Below the pieces are notes generated by a model that saw only the letters and a list, made by a program, of their open reading frames with translations, had not been told where the DNA came from and made no database searches. The position numbers were made by a program, and so were the translations under genes. Source: Bacillota bacterium (lineage in GTDB: Bacteria > Bacillota > Sulfobacillia > JAJZYS01 > JAJZLH01). From it: a stretch of DNA of 64,000 bases. Shown here piece by piece: positions 61,887 through 64,000 of the stretch (position 1 is the first letter of the stretch; the number at the start of each line of letters is the position of its first letter). Where the stretch lies: positions 2,571-66,570 of the forward strand of contig JAJZLH010000065.1 in assembly GCA_021803575.1 (NCBI GenBank). The letters are read 5' to 3'.

Positions 61887-62681
61887 TCAGAGGCGGTCGA
61901 CCCGGCGGGCGATGGAGGCGGTGGCCCGGTCGGCGAGTGCGGGGAAGATGCGGGCCATGGTGGAGAGCATGGCGTCCGAGGCCGTGACGAAGACCTCCTG
62001 CCTCCCGCTGTCCAGCGCTCGCATCAGCGCCTGGGCCACACGCTCAGGCGGCACGGAGGGAATCCGCGGCAGCCGTTCCAGGTCGGGGCCGGTGCTGGAC
62101 AGGCGGTTTTGGATAAAGGAGGTGGCGGTGGACCCCGGGTAGAGGGTGATCACCCGCACCCCGTCCGGCCGCGCCTCGGCGCGCAGCGTGCGCGAGAAGG
62201 CTGTGAGGGCGAACTTAGTGGCGCTGTACGCGCCGGAGAAGGGCAGCGGTACCGTGCCCACCACTGAGCTGACGTTGACGACGGTGCCATGTCCCTCCTT
62301 CAGGAGCGGGTAGAGGGCGCGGGTCAGGGCCACCGGCACCAGCACGTTCAGCCTGAACAGGGTCTCGATCAGGGCGTCAGGCAACTCCACGAGGCGCCCC
62401 GACATGCCCAGGCCGGCGTTGTTGACCAGGAGATCGAGCCGTCCCCCCAGATTACAGGCGGCCACCAGTTCCGCCACCGCCCCAGGCTTGGTCAGGTCGT
62501 GGGTGAGCGCCACCACCTGGTTGCCAGCCTCCTTGCAGGCCGATGCCGTCTGGGTGAGACGCTCCCCATCGCGGCCATCCAGCACCAGGTCGTAGCCGCG
62601 GCGGGAGAGGGCGATGGCAACCTGGCGGCCGATGCCGCTGGAGGCTCCCGTGACGAGGGCCCGGGGCGTGGATGCGGACAA
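61887..62681 (-). CDS. short-chain dehydrogenase/reductase (SDR)
   Basis: ALVTGASSGIGRQVA (TGxxxGxG) ... NNAG ... catalytic YSATK (YxxxK). Confidence 0.85.
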   Translation of the reverse strand: MSASTPRALVTGASSGIGRQVAIALSRRGYDLVLDGRDGERLTQTASACKEAGNQVVALTHDLTKPGAVAELVAACNLGGRLDLLVNNAGLGMSGRLVELPDALIETLFRLNVLVPVALTRALYPLLKEGHGTVVNVSSVVGTVPLPFSGAYSATKFALTAFSRTLRAEARPDGVRVITLYPGSTATSFIQNRLSSTGPDLERLPRIPSVPPERVAQALMRALDSGRQEVFVTASDAMLSTMARIFPALADRATASIARRVDRL

Positions 62682-62794
62682 GCAGATCCTCCTTCGTGCC
62701 GGTGGTGCGTGGGCATCGATGCGCTACCTGCTATTCTAGTCGAGGTCGGGCAGATGGGGAGGGATATGCACTGGCAACCTACTTTCAGGACACC

Positions 62795-63718
62795 ATGCCG
62801 ATCTTCCTGGACTGCGATCCCGGCATCGATGACGCCTTTGCGATCATGGTCCTGCTCGGCATCAAGCGTCTCACGCTGCTTGGCATCTCGACAGTCGGGG
62901 GGAACGTGCCCCTGGAACTGACCTCCCTGAACGCCAGGCGAGTGCTGGAGCTGTGCGGCCGAGGAGAGATCCCGGTGGCCGGCGGACGCCCCGGGCCCCT
63001 CCAGAAGACGCTCGTCTCCGCCGAAGAGGTGCACGGCCGGGACGGGCTCGGCAACATCAGCCTGCCCGAGCCGGCGGCGCCGGAAGCGAAGGGCGGCGGC
63101 ATCAGCCTGCTGGTCGACAAGATCTTATCCGTGCCCCGGGCCATTCTGCTGGCTACGGCGCCCTTGACCAACGTGGCAGTCGCCTTGGCCGAGCACCCGG
63201 AGATCCGCAGCCACATCCAGCGCATCGTCTGGATGGGTGGGTCGACCAGCTTCGGAAACGTCACGCCGGCGGCAGAGTACAATGCGTGGGCGGATCCGGA
63301 GGCGGCCAGGCAGGTGATCCGCTCCGGCGTGCCGTTCGTGATGGTGGGGCTGAACGTCACCCACCAGGTGGCGCTAGACCGCGCAACGCTGGCCCACTAT
63401 CGGGCGCTCGGAAACCGGGTGGCGGCAACCGCAGCCCAGATGCTGGACTTCTACGTCACCTTCCACGAGCAGGTGGCCGGCACCGACCGCTCGCCGATCC
63501 ATGACGCGGTGGCGGCGGTGGCGGCGGTCTACCCGGCGTCACTTCGCACCGCCGCCTGTGCGGTGGACGTGGAGACCACGGGTGAGCTGACCGAGGGTGC
63601 CACGGTGGTCGACCTGCGCGGGCTCGTTGCTCCTGAGAGGCCCATCGAGGTGGGCATGGACGTAGACGCGGAGTTCCACCTCGAGGTGATGAGAGACGCC
63701 CTGGCCTCGTTCGCCTGA
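62795..63718 (+). CDS. nucleoside hydrolase (IU-NH family)
   Basis: MPIFLDCDPGIDDAFAI carries the N-terminal DxDxxxDD calcium/ribose-binding signature; start taken at the internal ATG 62795. Confidence 0.85.
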   Translation: MPIFLDCDPGIDDAFAIMVLLGIKRLTLLGISTVGGNVPLELTSLNARRVLELCGRGEIPVAGGRPGPLQKTLVSAEEVHGRDGLGNISLPEPAAPEAKGGGISLLVDKILSVPRAILLATAPLTNVAVALAEHPEIRSHIQRIVWMGGSTSFGNVTPAAEYNAWADPEAARQVIRSGVPFVMVGLNVTHQVALDRATLAHYRALGNRVAATAAQMLDFYVTFHEQVAGTDRSPIHDAVAAVAAVYPASLRTAACAVDVETTGELTEGATVVDLRGLVAPERPIEVGMDVDAEFHLEVMRDALASFA

Positions 63719-63791
63719 GCTGGCCGCCCTGTCTGGACCAGTGCCGGTAGCAGTCGTGTTGGTATGACTTCGGATGATGGACCCCGATGCC

Positions 63792-63821
63792 TTGACCTTT
63801 AGGAAAGGCGGACCCTATAAT
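63792..63821 (+). promoter_or_regulatory. sigma-A-type promoter for the tRNA-fMet / tRNA-Met pair
   Basis: TTGACC (63792-97), 18 nt, TATAAT (63816-21), about 15 nt upstream of the tRNA 5' end. Confidence 0.55.
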
Positions 63822-63836
63822 GGCCCCTGCCTACAT

Positions 63837-63913
<77 letters not shown>

Positions 63914-63919
63914 GTTTTA

Positions 63920-63996
63920 GGCGGCGTAGCTCAGTTGGTCAGAGCATACGGTTCATACCCGTAGTGTCGCTGGTTCGAATCCAGCCGCCGCTACCA
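63920..63996 (+). tRNA. tRNA with CAT anticodon (elongator Met or lysidine-modified Ile2)
   Basis: GGCGGCGTAGCTCAGTTGGTCAGAGCA...acggttCATacccgt...GGTTCGAATCCAGC...CCA; cloverleaf intact. Met versus Ile2 identity cannot be decided by eye. Confidence 0.75.
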
Positions 63997-64000
63997 TTGC

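Overview
The window is high-GC (about 70%) and reads as a Firmicutes-type (Clostridia/Limnochordia-like) chromosome; this is an impression from reading, not a computed value. It matches the conserved origin-proximal housekeeping neighbourhood known from Bacillus and Clostridium: gltX, Orn/Lys/Arg-decarboxylase (yaaO-like), darA, holB, rsmI, abrB | metG, tatD, yabE, rsmA(ksgA), veg, ispE, purR, glmU, prs, ctc, pth, mfd | murJ/spoVB-like, hup, yabO, divIC, yabR. Every sporulation-specific member of that neighbourhood (spoVG, spoVT, yabP, yabQ, yabG, sspF) is absent. Three things interrupt the backbone. (1) A roughly 9.8 kb minus-strand block sits between abrB and metG (about 6832-16663). Its core is a tightly overlapping 13-gene operon (6832-15493) that joins two machines. 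One is a Tad/Flp-pilus module: a newly recognised flp-like pilin, two TadE-like pseudopilins, TadC, TadB, the CpaF ATPase, CpaE and CpaB. The other is a minimal VirB2/VirB3/VirB4/VirB6-like type IV secretion module. I cannot assign this combination to a described system and flag it as the main candidate novel system. (2) A 13-gene NADH:quinone oxidoreductase operon (nuoA-H, J-N; nuoI is absent between nuoH and nuoJ) lies between mfd and the murJ-like gene, together with a 986-aa GAF/HD-GYP/degenerate-GGDEF c-di-GMP signalling protein. (3) The 3' third carries assorted genes: an acyl-ACP-reductase (AAR) homologue, a CAP-domain SLH (S-layer homology) protein, ornithine cyclodeaminase, an MFS transporter, an RRM RNA-binding protein, a YtpB-like tetraprenyl-beta-curcumene synthase, an SDR and a nucleoside hydrolase. 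Five tRNAs were read (Gln-CTG, Glu-CTC, Leu-TAA, initiator fMet, Met/Ile2-CAT). A Met T-box leader precedes metG, and several near-consensus sigma-A promoters (veg, yabR, metG leader, RRM gene, tRNA pair) and terminators are visible. No transposase, integrase, CRISPR array or obvious long repeat was seen. Many long antisense or alternative-frame ORFs in the six-frame track are high-GC artefacts. All assignments rest on reading the translated ORFs against remembered family signatures; no database search was run.
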